DNA of 32,000 bases, from assembly GCF_000406145.1 (NCBI RefSeq), contig NZ_CM001976.1, positions 163,186-195,185 of the forward strand, written 5' to 3'. Of the stretch, positions 25,435 to 32,000 are shown piece by piece. The stretch is from Dickeya dadantii NCPPB 898. GTDB taxonomy: Bacteria; Pseudomonadota; Gammaproteobacteria; Enterobacterales; Enterobacteriaceae. Position 1 is the first letter of the stretch. Each line of letters starts with the position of its first letter. The notes under the pieces were generated by a model that was given only the letters and a program-made list of their open reading frames with translations, ran no database searches and was not told the origin of the DNA. Both the position numbers and the translations under genes were made by a program.

Positions 25435-26310
25435 ATGGCGTCACAGACACCACAGGACAGGACTACAGGCATGAGCGGTACAGCCAAACCGACCCGCAAA
25501 AAATTCCGGGTTGCCGTCTCCGGTTCCACCGTTGACGGGCGCGAAATCGGACGCGACCACCTCTATGCAATGGCGGAAAGCTACAACCCGCAGGTATACG
25601 GCGCCCGCGTTAACGTTGAGCACATTCTTTCGCCCTATCCGGGCAGTGATTTCAGTGCGATGGGCGATGTTGTCGCGCTGAGCGCGGAAGACATTACCGA
25701 CGGCCCGCTAAAAGGCCGCGCCGCGTTGTATGCGGAAATCGAACCCACCGAGCGGATGAAGCAGCTCACCGGGGAAGGGAAGAAGATTTATTCCAGTATC
25801 GAAATCGATCCGCAGTTTGCCGCGACCGGCAGGCCGTATCTGCGTGGTCTGGCGATGACGGATACCCCGGCCAGCCTGGGCACCGAGCGCCTGAAGTTCG
25901 CCGCGCAGCAACGGGCGCAGGTGCAGGCATTCAACAATCTGCCCGGTGAGCCGGTCATGTTTACCGAAGCGATGGAGGCGGAGCTGGTCGAACTGTCCGA
26001 ACAGCGCAGCGACGAGGGTAAGCAGTGGTTTTCCCGCGTGATGGGGATTATCGGCAAAGGCCGCAAGTCAGACGGTGAACAATTTTCCCAGGTACGCGAA
26101 GCGGTGGAGAACGTCGCCCAGTCCCATGCTGACCTGCTGGACAATTTCAACGCGCTGAAAAACCAACAGCAGCAGGACAGCCGCACCATCCAGACGCTGA
26201 CCAGCGAGCTGGCCGCGCTCACGCAGAAGCTGGCGACGCAGGATAACAGCTACAGCCAGCGTCCGCCGGCCAGTGGCGGCAACAGCGGCGCGCAACTGGC
26301 TGACTTTTAA
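25435..26310 (+). CDS. O: capsid scaffold/protease, P2 gpO family (alternative start ATG 25471)
   Basis: FRVAVSGSTVDGREI...YNPQVYGARVNVEH...GLAMTDTPASLGTE parallels P2 gpO (FRIGVEGDTCDGRVI...RINLEH...GLAVTDDPASLGTE). Confidence 0.85.
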   Translation: MASQTPQDRTTGMSGTAKPTRKKFRVAVSGSTVDGREIGRDHLYAMAESYNPQVYGARVNVEHILSPYPGSDFSAMGDVVALSAEDITDGPLKGRAALYAEIEPTERMKQLTGEGKKIYSSIEIDPQFAATGRPYLRGLAMTDTPASLGTERLKFAAQQRAQVQAFNNLPGEPVMFTEAMEAELVELSEQRSDEGKQWFSRVMGIIGKGRKSDGEQFSQVREAVENVAQSHADLLDNFNALKNQQQQDSRTIQTLTSELAALTQKLATQDNSYSQRPPASGGNSGAQLADF

Positions 26311-26335
26311 GTACCGTTAAGCGAGACAAGCGAAC

Positions 26336-27391
26336 ATGGAAAACTCTACCCGTAATCTTTATAACCAATACATTTCCCGTCAGGCGCAGCTTAACGGGGT
26401 GCAGCCGAATGACGTGGCGATGACCTTCAGCGTCGAACCGGCTGCCCAGCAGCGCATGGAGCAAGCCGCGCAGGAAAGCGATGAATTCCTGAAACAAATT
26501 AACGTGTTTGGCGTGAAAGCCCAGGAAGGCCAGAAGATCCTGATCGGCAGCAAGGGACCGATCGCCAGTACCAACAACAGCAGCGACGGCACGTCCCGCC
26601 GTAACCCGACCGACAACCATTCCAAAGAGTCGAACACCTACCACTGCCGCAAGGTGAATTATGACTCAGCGATCAGTTACCCGCAGTTGGATGCCTGGGC
26701 GACGCAGCCGAACTTTCAGGCGCTGATCAGTCAGGCGAATGCACAGCAAATCGGCCTCGATCGCATCATGATTGGTTTCAACGGCACCACCTATGCCGAG
26801 ACGTCCAACCGCAGCGCCAATCCGCTGTTGCAGGATTGCGGTGTCGGCTGGTTGCAAAAAACCCGCAACGATGCGGCGCACCGCATTATCAAAAATGTCA
26901 CGCTGACCGCCCGCGACGAAGACAACAAGATTATTGCCAAAGGCACCTACGGCAACCTCGACACCGCTGTGTTTGATGCCAAAAACAGCCTGCTGGATCC
27001 GTGGCACCGCAAGGCGCCGGATCTGGTGGTGATTATGGCGTCCGACCTGCTGACGTCCAGCAATTTTCCGCGCCTCAATGCGCTGAGCCAGAGCAACCCC
27101 AATACCGAGTTACTGGCCGGTCAGTTGATTGTCAGTCAGGAGCGTGTGGGCGGCCTGCCGACCTTTCTGGCACCTTACTTCCCGTCCAACGCGGTGCTGA
27201 TCACCTCGTTCAAAAACCTGTCGGTTTACTACCAACTGGGGGCACTGCGCCGCAGCATCGCTGAAGAGCCGCAGTACAACCGGATCGCCACCTACCAGTC
27301 GTCCAACGACGACTTTGTGGTGGAGGACTACGGCAAGGTGGCCCTGATCGACGGCATTCAGTTTGCGCAGGCAGCAGGCGACGGCCAGTAA
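26336..27391 (+). CDS. N: major capsid protein, P2 gpN family
   Basis: IMIGFNGTTYAETSNRSANPLLQDCGVGWLQK and DLVVIM...ISQERVGGLP...YFPSNAVLIT..NLSVYY align with P2 gpN. Confidence 0.9.
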   Translation: MENSTRNLYNQYISRQAQLNGVQPNDVAMTFSVEPAAQQRMEQAAQESDEFLKQINVFGVKAQEGQKILIGSKGPIASTNNSSDGTSRRNPTDNHSKESNTYHCRKVNYDSAISYPQLDAWATQPNFQALISQANAQQIGLDRIMIGFNGTTYAETSNRSANPLLQDCGVGWLQKTRNDAAHRIIKNVTLTARDEDNKIIAKGTYGNLDTAVFDAKNSLLDPWHRKAPDLVVIMASDLLTSSNFPRLNALSQSNPNTELLAGQLIVSQERVGGLPTFLAPYFPSNAVLITSFKNLSVYYQLGALRRSIAEEPQYNRIATYQSSNDDFVVEDYGKVALIDGIQFAQAAGDGQ

Positions 27392-27434
27392 CAGCCAGGC
27401 GGGGTAACACTCCGCCCCAACCGGAGAACACACC

Positions 27435-28316
27435 ATGCTGACACCGGCACAACGACATTTTCAGCGGGTTATGGCCGAGCGCCGGGGCCAGGCGGACACC
27501 GAAACGGCGGTGTCACGCACTGCCCATGAGCAAATCCTTCACCGCCTGCGCCTGCATCAGGCCGCGCTGAAACAGGTGCAATCTGATGCGACCAAAGCGG
27601 AGATGAAAAAAGCCATGCTGCCGGAATACGACGGCTGGATTGATGGCACGCTGGAAGGCGACAGCGGCCGACAGGATGAGGTGATCGTCACCCTGATGGT
27701 GTGGGCGATCGACTGCCAGGATAACGCACTGACACTGAGGCTGGGGCGTTACGTCGTTAAGCATGGCCTGTCTTTGCCTGCCGACAAGTTCCGCCGCGAT
27801 GCGGTAACGGTACTGGCTGAGGAAGTGAGCAACCCGGTGTTGACGCTGGCAACCACCGATGCCGATGCCGACCTGAGCGGGTATACCGCCGTGCTGGATG
27901 AAGTGGCCGCGATTGTGGACGGCAAAGACATGCCGGATGAAGTGCGCGCCAAGCTGTGCAAAGCCCGCGCCTTCTCGCGCCGCGCAGCGGTGGATGCGCA
28001 AACCAAAGCCGAGGCACTGAAACTGTTCCGGGAAGCGATGGCCCGCAATCCGAACGCGGGAGTGAAACGGGAGATCGCAACCCTGACGCGGGAGCTGAAA
28101 AAGCTCATGCCGGGCAGCAGTAACGAGCCGGAAGACGGCGCGCCCGGCGACGATGAGACGACCACGGAAACACCCGCCGGGGAGACACCGCCTGCGGCTT
28201 CAGCCGACGCCGCGCAGCCAGCGGTAAAAAAAGCCGCCGTGCGTAACACCACGGCGCGGAAAACCACACGGACGACGGGCAAAAGCAAAGCCGCCCGTCA
28301 GTCTGCCAAACGTTAA
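27435..28316 (+). CDS. M: terminase small/endonuclease subunit, P2 gpM family
   Basis: MLTPAQRHFQRV..., DMPDEVRAKLCKA and GVKREIATLTRELKK parallel P2 gpM. It ends in a basic low-complexity C-terminal tail. Confidence 0.85.
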   Translation: MLTPAQRHFQRVMAERRGQADTETAVSRTAHEQILHRLRLHQAALKQVQSDATKAEMKKAMLPEYDGWIDGTLEGDSGRQDEVIVTLMVWAIDCQDNALTLRLGRYVVKHGLSLPADKFRRDAVTVLAEEVSNPVLTLATTDADADLSGYTAVLDEVAAIVDGKDMPDEVRAKLCKARAFSRRAAVDAQTKAEALKLFREAMARNPNAGVKREIATLTRELKKLMPGSSNEPEDGAPGDDETTTETPAGETPPAASADAAQPAVKKAAVRNTTARKTTRTTGKSKAARQSAKR

Positions 28317-28414
28317 CGACTTCGGCCCCGTCCGACAGGCGGCGCGCCGGGTGATCTGCCCGTATACGGTCTTTTTGCCCGGCGCCCACCGCCTGACTTT
28401 TGGGAGAGTTGAGC

Positions 28415-28906
28415 ATGAGCCTGGTGGCTTCGAAACGTGTTAGTGACGGCGGCGACGTGCCGGAGATTGACGACGGCGCGGCGGCAGTCAGCGCCGGGGA
28501 GTTCTGGCCGGTGATCGTCCTGCGCGATCTGCGCCTGGCCGCCCGCATCACCGGCGGTATCACCACCACCCGCCTGATGCACGTCACTACTGAAGCGGTG
28601 GTGCATGTGACTGACCAGTTGGCGAGCTGGCAGCAGACACAACAGGCCGCCGGATATGCCGCACTGGCGGACGTCCCGGCCGGACAGGTCAACGGCGAAA
28701 GCATCAAGGTGTACCGCTTCAAGCGTGCGGTTTATGCCATCGCCCGCGCCCTGCTGCTGGAGGGATACCGCGATGTGGATACCACGGCCAAAGGCGACAA
28801 GGCAACGGACACCTTTGACAGCCAGCGTGACGATTTATGGCGTGATGCGCGCTGGAGCATCGCCGATATACGCGGCGCCCAGCGCCTTTTTGCGGAGTTG
28901 TGCTGA
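28415..28906 (+). CDS. L: head completion/stabilisation protein, P2 gpL family
   Basis: LADVPAGQVNGESIKVYRFKRAVYA...AKGDKATD...DDLWRDARWSIADIRG parallels P2 gpL. A GGGAGAG RBS lies 6 nt before ATG 28415. Confidence 0.85.
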   Translation: MSLVASKRVSDGGDVPEIDDGAAAVSAGEFWPVIVLRDLRLAARITGGITTTRLMHVTTEAVVHVTDQLASWQQTQQAAGYAALADVPAGQVNGESIKVYRFKRAVYAIARALLLEGYRDVDTTAKGDKATDTFDSQRDDLWRDARWSIADIRGAQRLFAELC

Positions 28907-29106
28907 TGGTAGTCCGGGCGCTTCAGGGCGATACGGTGGACTTGCTCTGTTATCGCCATTACGGCACATCCGCCGGTGTCACCGAGCAGGTGATCGCCGC
29001 CAATCCGGGGTTAAGCCGCCAGATGTTTCTGACGGCCGGGCAGGCTATCACGCTGCCTGATATTCCCCGTCAGACAGAACAGGAAACGGTGCAGTTATGG
29101 GATTAA
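28906..29106 (+). CDS. X: tail protein X (LysM-like), P2 gpX family
   Basis: ALQGDTVDLLCYRHYG...VIAANPGL...ITLPDI...VQLWD parallels P2 gpX. The start overlaps the L stop (TGATG). Confidence 0.85.
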   Translation: MVVRALQGDTVDLLCYRHYGTSAGVTEQVIAANPGLSRQMFLTAGQAITLPDIPRQTEQETVQLWD

Positions 29107-29399
29107 ACGATCTTCAGCGCCTCAATGATGGGGTGACCTATGGCCTGTCCGTGATGGTGACCGGCATCGGGGTGATGACCGTCAGTGAAAAAGTTGCGCT
29201 GGCGGGCCTGGTTATCGGTGTTGTCACCGCGTGGCGCGCCTGGCTGTTCCGGCGTCGTATCGAGCGCGCACAACGACGCCGCAATGAACTGATCGAACAG
29301 ATTTTACAGCAGTCCGAACGCCGCACGCTGAATGCGTCGGAACGCCGCGCGGTGGCTATTTTGCATCAGGGTGACGTTGACGATGAAAACCGCGATTAA
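29097..29399 (+). CDS. putative class II holin / pinholin (not P2 gpY-like)
   Basis: It occupies the position between X and the endolysin. It has two TM segments (VTYGLSVMVTGIGVMTV and VALAGLVIGVVTAWRAWLF) followed by a highly charged C-terminus. The start is uncertain. Confidence 0.5.
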   Translation: MGLNDLQRLNDGVTYGLSVMVTGIGVMTVSEKVALAGLVIGVVTAWRAWLFRRRIERAQRRRNELIEQILQQSERRTLNASERRAVAILHQGDVDDENRD

Positions 29400-29928
29400 A
29401 CGCTGTTCGATTGCGCTGATTGTGGCGCTCGGCGTCACGCTGTCCCCCGGCACACTGCGCACGTCGCCGGAAGCACAGCAGAAAACGGCCAGTTGGGAAG
29501 ACTGTCGCCAGTCGCCTTATTACTGCCCCGCCGGGGTGCTGACGGTTGGCATTGGCTCTACCGGCAACGTGCAAAACCGGGCGTACAGCAATGACGAGAT
29601 CGCCCGCCGCTGGGTCAACGATATGCAGCGGGCAGAGAACTGCGTCAACGGCAATTTTAACGGCGCTGCCATGCCGCAATCGGCGTTTGACGCCATGACC
29701 GACACGGCGTTTAACCTCGGTTGCAGCGGCCTGATGTGGTTTACCAACCGGCAGGGCAGCAAGCAGCGCACCACCATCTGGAAACATGCGCAGGCGCACG
29801 AATGGCCCGCGATGTGTGAGCGGCTGACCGATTTTGTCAACAGCGGCGGCCAGCGCTCCACCGGGCTGGTTAACCGCCGCAGCGACTTTAAAGCCTGGTG
29901 CCTGCGTGATCTGGCGGGTGTGCCATGA
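29383..29928 (+). CDS. SAR endolysin, T4-lysozyme (GH24) family, phage P1 Lyz-like
   Basis: An N-terminal signal-anchor-release-like segment (CSIALIVALGVTLSPG) is followed by WEDCRQSPYYCPAGVLTVGIGST, MPQSAFDAMTDTAFNLGC and IWKHAQAHEWPAMCERLTDFVNSGG. These parallel P1 Lyz motifs. I used ATG 29383, which overlaps the holin 3' end. Confidence 0.8.
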   Translation: MKTAIKRCSIALIVALGVTLSPGTLRTSPEAQQKTASWEDCRQSPYYCPAGVLTVGIGSTGNVQNRAYSNDEIARRWVNDMQRAENCVNGNFNGAAMPQSAFDAMTDTAFNLGCSGLMWFTNRQGSKQRTTIWKHAQAHEWPAMCERLTDFVNSGGQRSTGLVNRRSDFKAWCLRDLAGVP

Positions 29929-30362
29929 AGCTGACCGTCACCCTTGCCGTGCTGCTGGTGCTGGCCGTCAGCGGCGTGCTCTGGCAAACCTACCAGCGCG
30001 GTATCGACCGGGCACATACCGAGGCACTGACAGACAGCGCCCGGCAACAGCGCGAACTGTTAACCGAAGTACGGGCACTGGCCGACGATGCCAGAAACGT
30101 GCTGGCGCAGGTGCGCGAGCGTGAGCAACAGCGTTATGCCGAAGGGGAAGAACGCCGTGAAAATCTGCGCGAAGTTATGCAGTCCGATACGTGCGCTAAC
30201 ACTGTGGTGCCTGCTGCTGTCAGCGACAGCCTGCAAAAACGCGCCGCCGTCGCTCAGCGTGCAGATACTGCACGACCCGGCGCCGCCCAGCCTGACGGCG
30301 CCGACACCGACGCCCGCACTGAAAACGCCGGTGACCTGGGGCGCGGTCGCGCTCTGGAGTGA
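29925..30362 (+). CDS. i-spanin (Rz/LysB-like)
   Basis: An N-terminal TM segment (LTVTLAVLLVLAVSGVLW) is followed by a charged coiled-coil region. The start overlaps the endolysin stop (ATGA). Confidence 0.7.
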   Translation: MKLTVTLAVLLVLAVSGVLWQTYQRGIDRAHTEALTDSARQQRELLTEVRALADDARNVLAQVREREQQRYAEGEERRENLREVMQSDTCANTVVPAAVSDSLQKRAAVAQRADTARPGAAQPDGADTDARTENAGDLGRGRALE

Positions 30363-30465
30363 TCAGCTTTTGGATGCGCTGGACACCTGCAACGCAGACA
30401 AGGCCGCCATCAACGATTTATACCTGCGTCGCCTTCAGCGCCTGAAGGACGCGGCCACACCATAG
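30136..30465 (+). CDS. o-spanin lipoprotein (Rz1/LysC-like), overlapping the i-spanin 3' half in the +1 frame
   Basis: A lipoprotein-like signal (LTLWCLLLSATAC) is followed by a Pro-rich mature part (APPSLSV...PAPPSLTAPTPTP). It extends past the Rz stop, as in the P2 lysB/lysC overlapped architecture. The start may be ATG 30136 or GTG 30157. Confidence 0.55.
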   Translation: MPKGKNAVKICAKLCSPIRALTLWCLLLSATACKNAPPSLSVQILHDPAPPSLTAPTPTPALKTPVTWGAVALWSDQLLDALDTCNADKAAINDLYLRRLQRLKDAATP

Positions 30466-30475
30466 GGGAATGCTC

Positions 30476-30934
30476 ATGCTGAAAACCAACTCGCTACGCA
30501 CCGCGCTGACGGCATCCAATACCTGGTGCCGGGCCAACCCGGAAGCCTTCACGGTGTTTGTGGAAGAAGGCGGCATTGAAACCACCGGGGAAACGCCGTC
30601 GTTTCTGTACCGCTACTCGCTGGTGCTGTTCGTGATGAACTTCACCGGCGATATCGACGATTTCACCTTACCGCTGATGGCCTGGTTGTGGCAGAACCAG
30701 CCCGACCTGCTGCTGAACCCGCAAAAGAACCGCGAGGTGAAATTCACCACGCTGATCAATAACGACGACAGCGCCGACATTCTGTTTGAAATTCCGGTGC
30801 GTGAGCGGGTTAAGGTCACGCGGGACGATAACGGCATCCTGCGTGCCGAACATTTGCCTGAACCTCGTCCGCGTCTCACCGGCGGGGTATGGGATGCGGT
30901 GCTTGACGATGCCACCGGGGAGGCAGCGGCATGA
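30476..30934 (+). CDS. R: tail completion protein, P2 gpR family
   Basis: MLKTNSLRTALT...NPEAFTVFVEEG...FTGD...LMAWLWQNQPDL parallels P2 gpR (MLKPDSLRRALT...NPDMLRIFVDNG...FTGD...VLAWLRENQPDI). Confidence 0.85.
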   Translation: MLKTNSLRTALTASNTWCRANPEAFTVFVEEGGIETTGETPSFLYRYSLVLFVMNFTGDIDDFTLPLMAWLWQNQPDLLLNPQKNREVKFTTLINNDDSADILFEIPVRERVKVTRDDNGILRAEHLPEPRPRLTGGVWDAVLDDATGEAAA

Positions 30935-31569
30935 CGGATAAATTATTTCACGCGCTGGATAAGGTGTTTGATGACATCCTTTCCGGCCTGTCACCTGCCG
31001 GACGGCTGAAAACGGCCCGTCAGGTCGGACAGGCGCTGCGCCGCAGTCAGCAGCAGCGCATCCGGGCGCAGAAAAACCCGGACGGCTCGGCTTATGCGAC
31101 CCGCCGCCGCAAGGTGCTGCGTTCGCAAAAAGGAATGGTCTTTGTCTGGGAAGGCCAGGTGCGCCACCTGAAGAACTGGCACGGCGGCCGGGGAAAATAC
31201 GGCCGCACGATCACCGGCTTTGATGAAGACCGCAACGCCATCCGCACGTTTTACCGCAGCGATATTGAGCGTTATATCGAGATCAACACGCAGGCGGTGC
31301 GCCGCACGACCAGCAAGACAACCCCGATGTTTCAGCGCCTGCGCGGTTATCGTTTTCTCAAAATGCGGGCCGATACCGACGGTGCCAGCGTAGGATTTGA
31401 CGGCATCGCCGGTCGTATCGCCCGCGTGCATCAGTACGGCGAGCGTGACAAGGTCGGGTCGGGCGCCTTTGCCCGCTACCCGGTGCGTGAACTGCTGGGG
31501 ATCTCCCTGGCTGATGAGCGTCTGATCCAGGACGCGGTGATCAACAGTCTGGGGAGTGCCGCCACATGA
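30931..31569 (+). CDS. S: virion morphogenesis/tail completion protein, P2 gpS family (about 60 aa longer than I recall for P2 gpS)
   Basis: LRRSQQQRIRAQKNPDGSAY and IARVHQYGERDKV are typical gpS-family motifs. The start overlaps the R stop and the stop overlaps the V start. Confidence 0.75.
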   Translation: MTDKLFHALDKVFDDILSGLSPAGRLKTARQVGQALRRSQQQRIRAQKNPDGSAYATRRRKVLRSQKGMVFVWEGQVRHLKNWHGGRGKYGRTITGFDEDRNAIRTFYRSDIERYIEINTQAVRRTTSKTTPMFQRLRGYRFLKMRADTDGASVGFDGIAGRIARVHQYGERDKVGSGAFARYPVRELLGISLADERLIQDAVINSLGSAAT

Positions 31570-32000
31570 GCGCTGAACTGATGCGATTACTGGAAAACCT
31601 GTTGCGCGTCGGCGTCGTCACGGCGGTTGACCCGGCAACCTGGCGGGTACGTGTTAAGAGCGGTGAATTGCTCACCGACTGGCTACGCTGGAACACCACG
31701 CGCGCCGGGGCGTTTAACGTCTGGTTCCCGCCTGCCGTCGGAGAACAGGTGTTGCTGGGTTGCCTTGGCGGTAATCCGGAAACCGCCGTGATTATCGGTA
31801 GCCTGTTCAGTGAAGCCCACCCGGCACCCGGCAACAGCCTGAAGGAAATTGTGATCACCGCGCCGGACGGTGCCCGGTTTCGGTATGACGCCGTAGCGGG
31901 TTCGCTGGAAGCAACCGGCATGAAAACCGTCAACGTGGTGGCCTCGGTCAGCGTCACACTGAATACGCCGGTGGTGGAATGCACTCAGCACCTGAAGGCC
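31566..32000 (+). CDS. V: baseplate spike/assembly protein, P2 gpV family, N-terminal part (runs off the window)
   Basis: My own translation of the open frame from ATG 31566 is MSAELMRLLENLLRVGVVTAVDPATWRVRVKSGELLTDWLRWNTTRAGAFNVWFPPAVGEQVLLGCLGGNPETAVIIGSLF... This parallels P2 gpV (TDWLQWLTHRAG...APSVGEQVLIL). It has no stop within the window, so it is absent from the ORF track. Confidence 0.85.
   Translation, partial: MSAELMRLLENLLRVGVVTAVDPATWRVRVKSGELLTDWLRWNTTRAGAFNVWFPPAVGEQVLLGCLGGNPETAVIIGSLFSEAHPAPGNSLKEIVITAPDGARFRYDAVAGSLEATGMKTVNVVASVSVTLNTPVVECTQHLKA

Larger units (their letters stand above)
11451..32000. mobile_element. P2-family (Peduovirus-like) prophage, left ~20.5 kb; right end beyond the window
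   Basis: The gene order is collinear with the P2 prophage map: int-C-cox-...-A-(cargo)-cos-Q-P/O-N-M-L-X-lysis-R-S-V. The exact attL core is undefined because attR is not in the window. The left limit is placed after the host cpxP terminator. Confidence 0.9.

Overview
The window has two parts. Bases 1 to about 11450 are ordinary enterobacterial chromosome, probably Dickeya-like Pectobacteriaceae judging by G+C and protein similarity (not verifiable here). It carries ugpE' (partial)-ugpC-ugpQ, an AEC-family transporter, a YhhA-like Gln-rich secreted protein, trmL, a P-loop kinase-like gene, a two-gene operon of unknown function (733-aa secreted protein plus a DUF3142-like protein), and cpxA-cpxR divergent from cpxP with a CpxQ-like 3'UTR. 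From about 11451 to the window end is the left ~20.5 kb of a P2-family prophage inserted directly behind the cpxP terminator. Its order is int, C repressor, a 1.3-kb insert, cox, small early ORFs, DUF2732, TraR-like, Dam, C5-MTase, ASCH, replication gene A, an AT-rich cargo island, cos, Q, P, O, N, M, L, X, holin, SAR endolysin, overlapped spanins, R, S, V' (partial). The right prophage end and attR are outside the window. The best candidate for an undescribed system is the AT-rich two-gene operon at 20362-22044. It sits in the A-cos-Q position (tin/old in P2), a known defence-cargo hotspot, and encodes an ImmA/IrrE-type HEXXH metallopeptidase translationally coupled to a 213-aa PIN-like protein. 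The second candidate is the 1.3-kb insert that splits the normally adjacent C/cox immunity switch. It encodes a small 2-TM protein and another small ORF, and the region carries three direct copies of a ~40-bp stem-loop element. I saw no CRISPR array, tRNA, rRNA or IS element. All homology statements come from reading the translated ORFs and recalling family motifs; no searches were run.
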